From assembly GCA_030248215.1 (NCBI GenBank), contig JASANG010001546.1:1-64000 (forward strand): DNA of 64,000 bases, in the 5' to 3' direction. Under the pieces are notes generated by a model. The model did not search any database. It had not been told where the DNA came from and saw only the letters and a program-made list of their open reading frames with translations. The translations under genes were made by a program, and so were the position numbers. The stretch is from Enoplolaimus lenunculus (lineage: Eukaryota). How positions within the stretch are numbered: the stretch's first letter is position 1; the number at the start of each line of letters is the position of its first letter. Positions 48,634 through 61,043 of the stretch are shown here, piece by piece.

Positions 48634-51600
48634 GATATATATTATATTCAACACAAGTTTGCTTTAAAAAGTCTAATTTATGTATACTCATTTCTTTGTT
48701 TTAATATATAAAAATATGTTTTTTCTATTTAAATTTTCGATTTTTAGGTTTTTATATCAATTCTCATAAGAGACTTTTAATATTAAAGTTTTTTTCTCAA
48801 TTCATGCGTGTTTGGTTTATATTCCTTCTTCCTTCGGCCGTCAAAGCTAATATTCGATATTAAAGTCCATTAGTATGGCGATTTTAATAAATTTTAGATA
48901 CTTCGAAAGCGACAAAAATAAAGCTGAATATTAAAGATATATAAACGACCGTTTTCATGGTTTAATTTCAATTTTAAAGACAGTGAAATATATTTAAGCT
49001 CTCAGTCTTCGTGGGGTGGCATATTGAATATAATACATGATTTAGCGTTTTTTTATTATTATTGTTATTCGTTTATTTTATTAATATTTCGGCTCGCAAA
49101 CACTTTTTCTTTTTGGAGGTTTTCAAATTTTCAAATTTTGGCAGAAAGGCCCAGGTTTAAGCTTGTGAATGCGTCGTATGTTTTGATTTTAAGAGATTTG
49201 ATATTTCATGATTTTCAGTGTTGAAAATGATGCTAAATATAACGGTTTGGAGTCATTTGACATCAAATTTCACTTTCAATTATAACAAATGTATTTAATT
49301 TCCTGTCTTAATATTTGATATTTGTGTGTGTTTTTTAAGTTTTTTTAGTTTGTAATATATTGTTTAGTTGTGTCGGGTGTTTCTGATCGTTTGCATTGAT
49401 CAAATAGCTTATGAGCTTATACCCGCGTTGTGATGTTTCTCAACGAGCTAGAAAGCGTTTCAATTAAACTAACGGTCGACTCTTTGATGTCTATGGTCTG
49501 GGCTCATATTTTCAAATGCGTACAGGACGTATCATCAGTTAGCGATAGGTTTTAAAATTGACGAACATCTGCAATTGCAGCTCTCAAAATTAGTACAGAA
49601 GTCGGGCAAATAGTAAGGCAACAGTATGGTGGAATTTCGATCCTGACCATGCGCTGATTCTAAGGACTTATCACCAACTGATGATAGGTGCTACACACAT
49701 TTGACAATACGGGCTCTGATCTGACGTAAAATAATAATAAACAATATTTGAATTATATAAACATTAATGGGCGAGTAAAAAATATAAAAACAAACAGTAA
49801 ATCTGCTTTAAATTAAATGCCGTACAGTTTTGAGTATTTAAAAGAGTAAAAATGTATAAATATATTTTGAGTAAAATTTATTTTGCAGAACGATGGGTTA
49901 ATTAATATGCGGTTAGATTTTCTCGTAATTAAAATAACGTTTTTGACCAAATTCTTAAAAATAATTTATAACCTTTATTACCCTCAAGGTTACCGAGTAT
50001 AATATTTGCATATCGATTAGTTGATATATACATATATATCTATAGATATATATATTTATATATAGATAGATATATACATAAATATATATACATACTATAT
50101 ATTTATATATATATTTATATATATGTGTGTATGTATATATAGACTAAAGTCAGTGATTCGAACGATGTTTTGAGTTTTGTTTTCACTGAACTCCGAATGC
50201 AAATTAATAAAGATTATAAGTTTGTTTTGTAAAGTTATTCAAGTTAGACAGGGCTTATATAAGTACTTATTTATATGAAATTGGCAATGTTCGAAATAAG
50301 ATTTTTATTTTGTATTAATTTTCGCCGTAATTAACGCCAAATTGCTTCACACTTCGAGCTTTTTGAGTAATGGGAGTATTGACAAGTGAGAGTTTTTTAG
50401 CTGACGTTTATTTTTTAATTTTTAAGTAGTAAAGTTGTAAGATTAGTAGTCAATTGAGAGATTAAACATTTCGCCCGGCAGGATTGCATTTGAAGAAAAC
50501 GCTGGTTTCAAACCACTGGCGGATACAAGGGAGCCGATCCTGAAGTTCCCCAACAGTGATCAAAGGTAACATTTTGTATTAAGGTTTAGCACTAAAATGG
50601 TGTCCGACTTATCGCGCATTTCACTTCATAGGTGAATTATTTATAGTACTGTATCTCGTGCCCCCGCTTTCAGAAGTTATTGGATCCTTCACTGCCTAAG
50701 ACTAAACCCTTATCTTAGTGTAAGCCTGAGCGCTAGCTTTAACCTTAAATGTGGGGTAAAGTCGAAGGCGGAATCACAAACTTTTGACGGGGGGACGCGC
50801 TGGTAAATGCTATGAAACGCAAAAATTGTAAGGTAGGGACCTTATCGTTTGATCATTAAAAGTATTCTGAGGGTGCAAAAATTGTAAAGTAGGGACCTTA
50901 CCATTTTAACACGAAAGAACTTCAGCTAAAACATGCTGAAGTGATGGGTGATTTTAGATTTAAAATAGTACAAAGAGTTTCGTTTTATAGGTTTTTATTT
51001 AATTATCTACCTGGCTTGTGAAATTAATTTAAACCCGTCAAGTAGGGACCTAACCCCCATGCGCATGCCTACATTCAAGATTAAGTCTTAGTCTTTGGCT
51101 AAAGTAAAAGCTTAGCCATAAGCTGGGCACAACTGCAATTACAATAACCTGGAACCGGAAGGTGAAAAAATGCCAGGAACCGGAATTTTGGTTGCATCCT
51201 GATCATACGTCAAACTTTAGACTAATCATCTGTTGACAATAAATGTTTTTTCGACATTACAGTACTCAGGGTACAACCCAAACTCCGGTTCCGGCATTTT
51301 TTCACCTTCCGGTTCCAGTAAATTGTAATTCCGGTTGCACCCTGACTGTAGTATGTTACTGGTAATTGAAATGTTGCCATTTGAACATGAAAAATAAACA
51401 GTGAAGAAAATTCATATGTAATAAAAAACCAACAAAAAATACGATTAAAGTATTAATATTTTTAACTTTTGAAACATTGTATTTCCCATTATTTGGATTA
51501 CAATTTTCAGCAAGCAAACCGATTGAAAAAAGTGTTGTTTTTTTCGCTATTCGATTTTGAAAATTCACTTTCAAGTATGGCTGTTGTTAGAGCAATGAGC

Positions 51601-51864
51601 ATGCGCTTATTTTGTTAATTTTGTTGCTTCTGAAAGGCCTAAAATTTCCATTAAAAATGGAATATATTAATTGCAAATATTTACACAGCAAATGCCGTTC
51701 GCGTAAGCTATTTTTTTTCATCGTTGTTATTTGATTAAAAACGTTTTTGAATTATGCCAATTCAAATCAAATATTGCAAAATGTAATTTTTAAGAGAAAT
51801 GTTTTTTAAAAGGTATTGTATAAAAGTTGACCATAAGTATCATGGTGTTTTAACATTTATACAA

Positions 51865-51868
<4 letters not shown>

Positions 51869-51912
<44 letters not shown>
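51869..51912. repeat. (AT)n microsatellite
   Basis: About 22 perfect AT dinucleotides; a degenerate AT-rich run also lies at about 50025-50140. Confidence 0.9.
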
Positions 51913-51916
<4 letters not shown>

Positions 51917-53329
51917 ATTGCAACAGAAACTAAGTTTTATCGGAACAGGAACAGTGATTGAATTTATATGCAGGACCGGAAACAGGAACTGGAATTTGAA
52001 ATAATCTGCATCATCGAATTACTGGTTGACTTTTCAAAAAAAAAACAACTCAAAAATGACTTAAGCGAATGTTCAGTTGTTTCATCATTAAATTTTTGCA
52101 AAAACACATCAGAAATACTTTATTAACAAAATTGAACTTATTACTAAAATGCTCATTTTAAAGTAACAATTTTTCAAAGACAATGTTTCCAATATTTAAA
52201 TGATTATCAATAGTTTGCCACAAAATCGTAAAAATTCCGGGTTTAGTACCTTTGAATGAAGGAACATTTGTATTATACCGGATAGTGATCAACATAACGG
52301 AATCACGGATATCCGGTTGGACGCTTGTAACTCTGCAATTAAGGTGGCGCTATGCTTGTCGTGCGGCGACGTCCGTCATGGTGGGTCACCATACGGTATC
52401 GTACTTGGGTAATTCATGTACGACACCGCACAGTGACGTACGGTGACGGACGGAGCAGAACGTTATCAAAAGTATAGCACCACCCTAAGGTAACTGGGCA
52501 TAATGGTGAAGAGAATTTTATTAAATGATTGTTCTATAAACTAAAAATGCTTATTTTTACATTTTTGACATAAGTTACTGATGGACTGGATCCACTGCTG
52601 TCCGTTTGCCGAACCGATCTGTCTTAGTTTGATAATGAAACTAGACTGAAGTTCGAATAAATTAATTTTTTTTAAATTTAGTTTTTTAAATTGTATTTAA
52701 ATGTTTTTAAATTTAATTTTTTTAATTTAATTTTTTAATTTTATTTAAATTTTTTTAAATTTTATTTAAATTTTTTTAAATTTAAATTTTTTTAATTTAA
52801 AATTTTTTTAAAATTTAATTTTTTAAACAAATGCATCCCTCAGTGTATAAAATGCCAATTTTCGGGGGTGAATTGAACCAGATATCAAATTACGGTTTGG
52901 GGGGCATTGCCGTATAAGACCCCATGCAAGTTTGATCCAGTTGTGTTTAGTAGCGTTTAGTGTTAATCCGTTTATGCTAAATTAAATACTTGGCATTCGC
53001 ACAAAATGTTTGTGTAACAAATTCGTTCGTTAGAATTAAATATTTGTTGTCGAATTTGTGTTGTTTATGACAATATTTCGCTTTGAAACTTATTTATTCT
53101 ATTTATGTATACTTACGTTAGTTGTTTCTACTATGTTACTCTACAGGGCATTTAGAAACAGTTTCAGCGTCAACTTGACTGGTAAATTTAGTATCGAAAG
53201 CCGATGTTTATGCTATAAACGGGCATTTTTGGTTTTAAACTGTCGGAATTAGCAAGTAGTTTGAAAGTAAATACGTCATATTTTATAAGTAGAGACAGTG
53301 GAATCGAATCCGGTTTATTGTTGTCCGTT

Positions 53330-53769
53330 TTAGGTAGAAACCGGATACTTGTGACCTTTTTAACAAAGCAGCTGCAATAGCAGACCTACGGAGCGAGGTT
53401 TGAGTCTAACGTCCTTGGGATCTCGAGGCCAGCGCTTTACCACTGTGCCATGTAGCCCGCCACTCCAACTACTTTTATAGTCGACCAGTGGCGGATCCAG
53501 GATCTCAAAATGGGGGGGGGCAAAATTTCACAGGTAATAAAGTTACTTTTGATCCATACACAAACCACGAACTATTGTCACAAAATTGCTATAGAATTTT
53601 TGTCGAGATGCTGTTGGGGGGGCCCACGGCCGGGGTGCCCTCCCATGGATCCGCCATTGTAGTTGACTATATGTGTCGATTGTATGCTGCCGACAAGCTT
53701 ACTACACATTGTGAATTGCATATATTGCATATGCACCAGGACAATCATGTCTCACATGCTTACTTAAAC
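53330..53769 (-). mobile_element. Dispersed repeat with a central tRNA-like core, interrupted by a hAT-like MITE (53486-53659); paralogue at about 54430-54666
   Basis: Shared blocks on both sides of a minus-strand tRNA-like segment (TAGCGCAGTGGTAA...GTTCGAAAC in the 54485-54550 copy); MITE flanks TAGTCGAC / TAGTTGAC. Confidence 0.65.
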
Positions 53770-54857
53770 CTGTCGGGTTTTGTTGTTTAATCTTTAACCG
53801 GCTTGTGTTTCCGTTATTTTGATTGATATTCGTTTTTATTTCTGGAAATTTTCGATATATTTTACACTTATCCGCTCCCAGCTTACAAGCCATTTTTTAC
53901 CCTGTATATATACGCTTTCCGTATCAGTGGCGCAATGCAAATTCCGGTTCCGGTAGGAAAAATTCGGTATTTTTCACTGTTCCGGTATTAAATGTGGTAT
54001 ATGTTTATTTGTGATATTTTGATTATGCTTCATATTAATAAATATGTCTTTGGAAACATATATATACTGCTGGTTAGTGAAATATAACAAGTTGAAAGAA
54101 TACTTTTATAGTTGAATTTTTTGAAGCTTCAAAGAAAACAAATATTTTGCGCAATCTGGTTTCTTCCGGCATTATTTTCAGGTTTCCGTGTTCCGGTTCC
54201 GGTATTTTTTAAAATTGCAGTTGCAGTCTGCGTATTAGTAGCGCAACCTTAAACAAAGAGGGTTTTTTACACGTTTTATAGCTATTGATTGATTTTAATT
54301 TGATGAAAATCGTCACACGGATTTACGTGTAATATAAGATTAGATTAAGTATTTAACTGGACGTACGTTCATTGTATAGTGGACCTTGAATTGCGATAAT
54401 ATATCCTATTACGATTGTGTGTATCAGTCTAAGTAGGAACCGGGACATTAAACCTTTTTTTACTAAGCAGTTGGTAAAGCGGATACGGGTGGTTTCGAAC
54501 TAGAGACCTTCTGCTTGTCGGGCAGACGCTGTTACCACTGCGCTATATAGCTCGCTTATCGCACTATATGTGTTGGCCGTATGCTGCCGACAAGCATATT
54601 ATACAATGTGCATTGCATATATTGCATATACACCGCAATCAGCAAGTCTCACATGCTTACATTAACAATGCGTTTCAGATTTGTTCGATTGCTTAGTGAC
54701 CATTACTGGTTATACTATTAACTGCAACGATTTAGTTTTCGTATTCTGTAACAGTTTTTGATTTGGTAACTAAAACATCTGTAATATCGAATTTAGACGA
54801 AACAGATTAAAACTTGAAATATTCTAAATTCAAACGAGTAAACATAAAATATTAATA

Positions 54858-56699
54858 ATGCCAAATTCGACCGAAGAATACTTGTTCAAGTCTCGATCTG
54901 CGACCGCTGTGAACAACGACTATTCCGATGATCATCAGACACAGTTTGTCACTGGATCACAACCGCAATCATCGATCCCTATTTCTGGGGTAAAAGTTCG
55001 ACCCTCGAAACCGCCTGCGTTATGGTTTGTGCCAGGAATTTGTGACGATTCACAACAGCCACATAATTCACCAACCGAATCCGGCAATTCAGACGCCAGT
55101 ATGCCTGGTAGCGCAGCGAATCAGAGTGAACCTAACAGCGCTGCATTATGTAGTGTCTCTGTAATGTCATTGCCTGGAACAGCTACACCGACTATTGGAC
55201 CAACCAAATTTGAAATCGGATCTAACATATGCGCAATGTCGTGGGCTGGAGGGACCACTCCAACTGTTCAACCAATTAGATTTGACCACGGTCAGCAAAA
55301 GTTGGCCAATGGGATTGCAGCTGCCGTTCAGGAACATGGACAGCAGTTACCAAATATGAATCCGTGGTCTGCAGAGAATGGTGAATTCGGACACACGGAT
55401 AGGCAGCTGATAGACGGGGCAGGGAATAATGTCAACGAACATGAAATGATTAATTTTAGTTTGAATTCGGGTAGCACAATGAACGCTTATGGAAAGCTCC
55501 AATTCAATGACAATAGCTTGCTTAGTTCAGTGGTTACTAGCGGAGGTAGCAGTAGATCTCGGTTTTCAGGCGATGCGAACACTATTTACACGACCGGATA
55601 TCCGGCTGGAAATCAAGTGCCCTATGGGCAGCAAGCATCCTACCCGTATCGGCTAAGCGGTCAACCCATGGTCCCATCCCCTTTGGGTCTTCCGTTGACC
55701 AACTGTAATGTCTCGGTTCCGGCATGTCCGCGGCCGGTTTCCGCGTTTCCGGCGTTTACCGGAGGTATCACAGGCCAGCGGGTACAAGTCGTTCGACCTC
55801 ATCCTATTCGGGCTGCTTACAGTGTTGCTCATTTGCTACAAGGGCGTTCGGTCTCTGGCGATCGTGATTGGCAGATTGCGTCACAACCGCGTCAGCTGGA
55901 TGGTGAAGCAACCAATGAATTGTGTCAACCAATGCGAATTAAATACGACGGACAATCGAAAGTTGGTGAACGTATTCAGCCAATCGGAAACGAGCATAGT
56001 GATAAGTCGACAGACGGTGATTGTCTTCAACCAATCAAAAACGTTCGCAATGATTGCTCTACAGATGACGATTGTCGTCAGTCAATCACAAACGAGCAGC
56101 ATTATCGCTCGCAAGTTGACGTTTGTCTTCGTCCAATCAGAAACGAATACAATGGTCGATCAACAGGTAACGATTGTCTTCAACCAATCCAAAACGAGTG
56201 CTCGGAAAACGAAACAGTGAATCATCAAACTTCACACGACAGCCATCAACCAATTGGCAACTGTTATCAGTTTAACCAGTACAACTACCAATCGCATTTG
56301 CGTAACGTTTCAGGTCAGTGTGGAAATTATCAAATTGATCCACGTCTGCTATCGCATTCCGCAGAAAATGTTAACAGCCGCAACGTAACAAAACCGCCGT
56401 CGTATAACACGGATATCAGCCTAGGCAACGTCATCGTTCCGTCTCAGCAGCTGTCTGAAAACGTCATTGATGGTTTTAAGTCGGACTTCGAATGGAACGA
56501 ACGTCAATCTTCGGTAATCGAGTCAAATAATGCGTTTCGGATCGACACCAAACCAAATACAACGGTCGAACTGGCAGCAGGAAACGAAATTCATTCGGGC
56601 GGATTTGGCGGCGAGGCGACTGGTGGCGTAGCGATCAACTTGAGCAACAAAGCGAATATCGTTACAGCTCAGAGCGGCGTATCGAGCAAGCGAAGTTCG
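54858..56699 (+). CDS. Large (probable first) coding exon of an unidentified gene; low-complexity S/N/Q/P/G-rich, 614 codons, with an internal 17-aa repeat
   Basis: 1.84-kb open frame, more GC-rich than its flanks, starting at ATG (AATAATG) and ending at a strong TCG|GTAAGT donor (phase 0) before the ORF-track stop. No recognisable domain; no phase-compatible downstream exon found in the window. Confidence 0.75.
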
Positions 56700-56847
56700 G
56701 TAAGTGTTCAGTGATTGCAGTATAGGGGTATTTTCGTTGCATTGGGTGCGAGTTTAATTGAAATTTACGAAATCGGTTTAGTTATTCGTCAAATATCTCT
56801 TATATAATGACAGTATTATTAATTATAGTTTGATATTTTGCGGGTTA

Positions 56848-57199
56848 CGGTTGCGCTATACTTGACGTCCGGCGTCGTCCGTCACTGTGCGTCATCCGTA
56901 CGGCGGCATCCGCCAGCATCGGTCACCATACGTTATCGTACGTGAGTTATTTGAGTACAATACTGCACGGTGACGGACGGCGTCGTACGGATGACGGACA
57001 GCGCTGGACGAGTGACGAAAGGCGCCGTACGGATGACGGACGGCGTCGTACGAGTGACGAAAGGCGCCGTACGGATGACGGACGGCGTCGTACGAGTGAC
57101 GAAAGGCGCCGTACGGATGACGGACAGCGCTGGACGGTACCATGTGGATGACGGACAACGCCGGACGGCGCTGTTTGTCAAAAAAGTATAGCGCAACCC
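56848..57199. mobile_element. PIF/Harbinger-like MITE with internal 42-bp repeats
   Basis: TTA|CGGTTGCGCTATACT ... AGTATAGCGCAACCC|TAA. Confidence 0.85.
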
Positions 57200-57570
57200 T
57201 AAGGTTTACGGTTATGCTTAATTATAGTTTTAGCTTAAGTATAAAGTTTAGGCATAGGAAAATCAAAACAACAAGGTTGAGGGGAGACCTTTTGGCACCA
57301 ATCCAATTAACCTTAGTGTGGAGGAATGTATACAAGTAACCAGCGTTTGTTATTCGTTCGAATTGTTTACTTTTGGGTACATCGTAGCGAGTCATAGCGA
57401 ATTTACGTTGTTAGAGCAAACACTTTTTCACAGTGACGTTGAAGTGAAGATGCATCTGACGTCGACAATTATTCGTTGTCGGATTTCGATCCTAGAAAAC
57501 GTTTGGAAACATTGGTTGGGTTTGTGAAGCGTTACTTATGTAACTACTTCATACTTAAGTCTGTGCTAAG

Positions 57571-57935
57571 CAGGGTGCAACCGGAATTCCGGTTCCGGTA
57601 ATAAATCCGGTATTTTTTCATCGGAATTTTCCGGTATTGACGGTGTTGAAATGTTTTCTCAGTCGAAAATTTAAGAAAAATTGGCATCTAAAATTGTCTG
57701 AGCGGGTATTGCTAAAAATTTCAATTTGTGTCATACGCCATAATTTATCATGTGTTTTCACGTACTGCATTTGTTTCAGAATTTTGACACTCTAACTGGG
57801 GTGCTTACAGTTTTAAAAGTGATAAAATAGCGTTAAAAACGAATTTTTTGGTAACAAGTATTTATTTTCCGGCTCCGGTATATTTTTAACTTTCCTGTTC
57901 CGGTTCCGGTATTTTATAATTCTGGTTGGACCCTG
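57571..57935. mobile_element. hAT-like MITE (CAGGGTGCAACCGGAA family)
   Basis: Perfect 8-bp TSD GTGCTAAG. Further family members at 18461-18582, 21665-21753, 22053-22134, 26863 (partial), 51267-51344, 58189-58545, 60165-60597 and 61791-62215. Confidence 0.9.
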
Positions 57936-60871
57936 GTGCTAAGCAACTATTTATTCAATTCATCTTTTCTAGGATAGTGGTTGGGTTTCCGAAACCCTAC
58001 TTAAGTACTAACTTAAAAACAATATTTGGTGTTTCTTTAGTTGTGCACGGAAATTTAAGTACTTACGCAAGTCGGCGACTTAAATAATTACATAAGCATA
58101 ACTTAAGTATATACTTAAAGTAACTTTCATTTTTTGATTGAAAAGTAAAGTATTTGTATATTTCAGCGATTTAAGTATGTGCTTAAGCCAGGGTGCAACC
58201 GGATTTCCGGTTCCGGCAGTTTTTACCTTCCGGTTCCGGTAAATTTTTACCGGAATTAAAAATGACGCTAAAATAAAATAATTTCATTAGTATAGTATGC
58301 ATACCTTGACAATCGCCAAAAATAAACCATCGAAGGTAGACTTTGCATCCGTGGATTACGTACGAAAATCTAAAATACAGCAGATAAAGTGAATGCCTAT
58401 CTCCAACTAAAGGTTATTACACCAATAATATTGCAAAAAAGAAAATTAAAATGATTTTTTCGGCGGCATGTGTTTTTCATTTTCCGGTTCTGTTTCCGGT
58501 AATTTTTTTCAAATTCCGATAAATGGTAATTCCCGTTGCACCCTGACTTAAGCATAATTTAAGTAAATATTTAAGTAAGATTTCAGAAACTCAACCATTA
58601 TTAAACTGTTTTGACTGTGGTGTCACCAGTTCAGTGAAGCGTTCACAATTACTGATAATTTTTCAAATTTAAACTTCGATTCCAACTTTTTTTCTGGTTT
58701 TTTTTTCTGGTTGACTTTTTCCAAACATCAAATACGTTCATTCAATGGTCAGACAATGTCGACGATAGAGTTAATTTATATTTTAATATCAAACTTTTGA
58801 TAAGTTAAGTAAAAACTGAAAAATTAACACTAAATTTCAAATTTTTAAAATTCAAATTTCACTTTCCGTTCTGCCGTTTGCTTACTTTAGAATTGCAACT
58901 GTTTTTGTTTGATTTCGGGCTTGACATTTGTTCTAAAGATATCAAATAGTACCTACGTAGGTTTCGCATTATATTTGCCAAGCTATAAGACGACAAGATG
59001 ACTAGAGACAGTATAGTCAACGGAGTTAAATTAAATTTTAATAGCCTATATTGTGAGAATTAAAAACGAAAATTTGTAAGTATACTTTGAAGCAGGCAAC
59101 CGTGAGGTGCTGACGTGGAAAGGTACAATTTTATCGTCGTAACGACCTATGATCACTCTAAGGGTCGTCCCTGGGGGCGGATGGGTCTGTAAACGAATAG
59201 CCTTAGATTTTAGGTGACATTTTTTTGCGTAGGCTTAAGAATACACTAGTTTTTCAAATTTTAGGTTTAGGCTTAGTTATACGTTGAATCTACCGTTACG
59301 ACCCTAAAAATAACATTGACCGTTGGAACTATGGTTCAAAAGATATTGAAATTGACAAATTTATTGCTCGTGTGTGTGTGTAAGTGTCCTGATTCGGTTT
59401 GATTGGCAAACCGAAGTTAAATTGAACCGAAAAGCGAGTATAAGACTTTGTAACAGCAGCAGCAGCGAATTCTCTCAACAAAGTATTGAAATTAATTAAA
59501 ATGCCGGATATTGTATTATGGCGCATGTATACAACATACGAATATATATGTCGATGTTGTAGTCTCAAGTCACTTATATGCTTTAGTTTAGATCGGCGGT
59601 ATAGTAGACTTTAAAAGGTTTCCATATATATTTAAAATCGTGTATTCTAACCCGTTAAATGTTCTACAATATAGCGGCCCTCAGTATTGAACTTTTGTGG
59701 CGATTTTAAGACGTTTTGATCTGTATGAAGAATTACGAATACGGATATGAACGAAACGTTTTATGATTTGTGAGTTTGGCCACAACGAAGCGTTGCATTT
59801 GTGAAATTTGAATTTGAATTTTTTGAGACAAAAAATTTAGTTTTAGGAAATTTGGGTTGCACAATTTTTAATGTTTAATTTAAGTCGATTTTGAGCCATT
59901 TTGTTTTACTTTATTTTTAAACTTTTAAACGCAGCTTCGACAGGCGCAGGGTCAGAATGTAATCACCTTGTGAACCGCGGTTGAAATTTGATAAAAAAGT
60001 TGTCTGTCCTGTATGCAAGATGACAACGAGCTGAATTCAACGGTACTGCTGGTTAGCGCTGTAAGGTGAACGGTCAAAAGTAATGGTCAGATGGTAGTGT
60101 TGTTATGTGTACTAATCATTTTAGGCCTATAACTTTTGAACCAGAAGCCTTGTAGCCCTGATAACAGGGTGCAAAGCGGAACTGGATTATACCGGAATCG
60201 GAACAGCAAATATATACCGGGATCGGAACAGCAAATTTATACTGAAATCGGAATTGGAACTACAAAATTTGCGGCTATACGGATAATTTGTATTAACAAG
60301 GATAATATTGATTTAGGGTGTCTGTTTGGCTAGCAACAATTCTCAAAAATGTCGCATGAACAAATTGGCAATTATTTTTTTGGCTCTGTAAAGCTAAACT
60401 GCAATCAATTATCGAAAAGTTAACTTATCGGAAACAATTTAATATATAAATGATGCTGAATTTTTATACAACATATCACAACAAGTAGGTCTAAAATTAA
60501 AATGTGAAATTTCCGATTCCGACTGATTGTGCAATCGGAATCGGAACTCGTTTTGAATCGGAATTCTAATCGGAATCGGACTTCCGATTGCACCCTGCTT
60601 AATAATGGTGCCGTTGAGCTCAACGCGTCGAAATCAGTAAAATAAATCATTTTTCATTAAATTCCTAAGTTGAGTTCGATAAGCATAAATAATTAAGAAA
60701 TGTTATCATTGGATAAGTTGTATTCTTCGACATGGGTTCTTAAACAAATTTCGCTACATTTTGGGTGGTTTTGGTAAAGTTGGATGCGTTACCCAAGACT
60801 CGGTGCACTGTCAAAAGTGCAACTTGAATTATGATATATGAATACATATATATGTAGACATATTATATATA

Positions 60872-61043
60872 CTAGTCTGCCAGTTTTGCGTAATGCGCAA
60901 AAGTAACGAAAGCACAAAAATTTCTTTGCAAATTTTCTATTCGTAGAACAATCACGTGTATTTCCTAACAAATTATTGTAAACAAAGCAATGCTGGAAGG
61001 CTGCCAAAATACGTATGCGGAGCGTTCCAGCTTCAATTTATAC
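60872..61043 (-). mobile_element. Non-autonomous Helitron-like element
   Basis: On minus: subterminal IR (GCTGGAA..TTCCAGC), 3' hairpin TTTGCGCA-T-TACGCAAA and terminal CTAG|T; no TIR/TSD. The paralogue at about 44128-44277 has the 5' end CTATATATTAAAGCTG. Confidence 0.6.

Noticed and set aside
46739..48691. 650-aa and 286-aa minus-strand ORFs with a 37-aa period
   Set aside because: The 37-nt satellite unit has no stop triplet on the minus strand, so long ORFs arise automatically; no unique coding flank of note.
55708..56220. 170-aa overlapping alternative-frame ORF
   Set aside because: Explained by the repeat and codon structure of the main exon; no independent evidence.
57430..57515. Candidate second exon of the 54858 gene (also 59935 and 63908)
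   Set aside because: The phase-0 readings hit early stops and the open readings are phase-incompatible with the donor at 56700.
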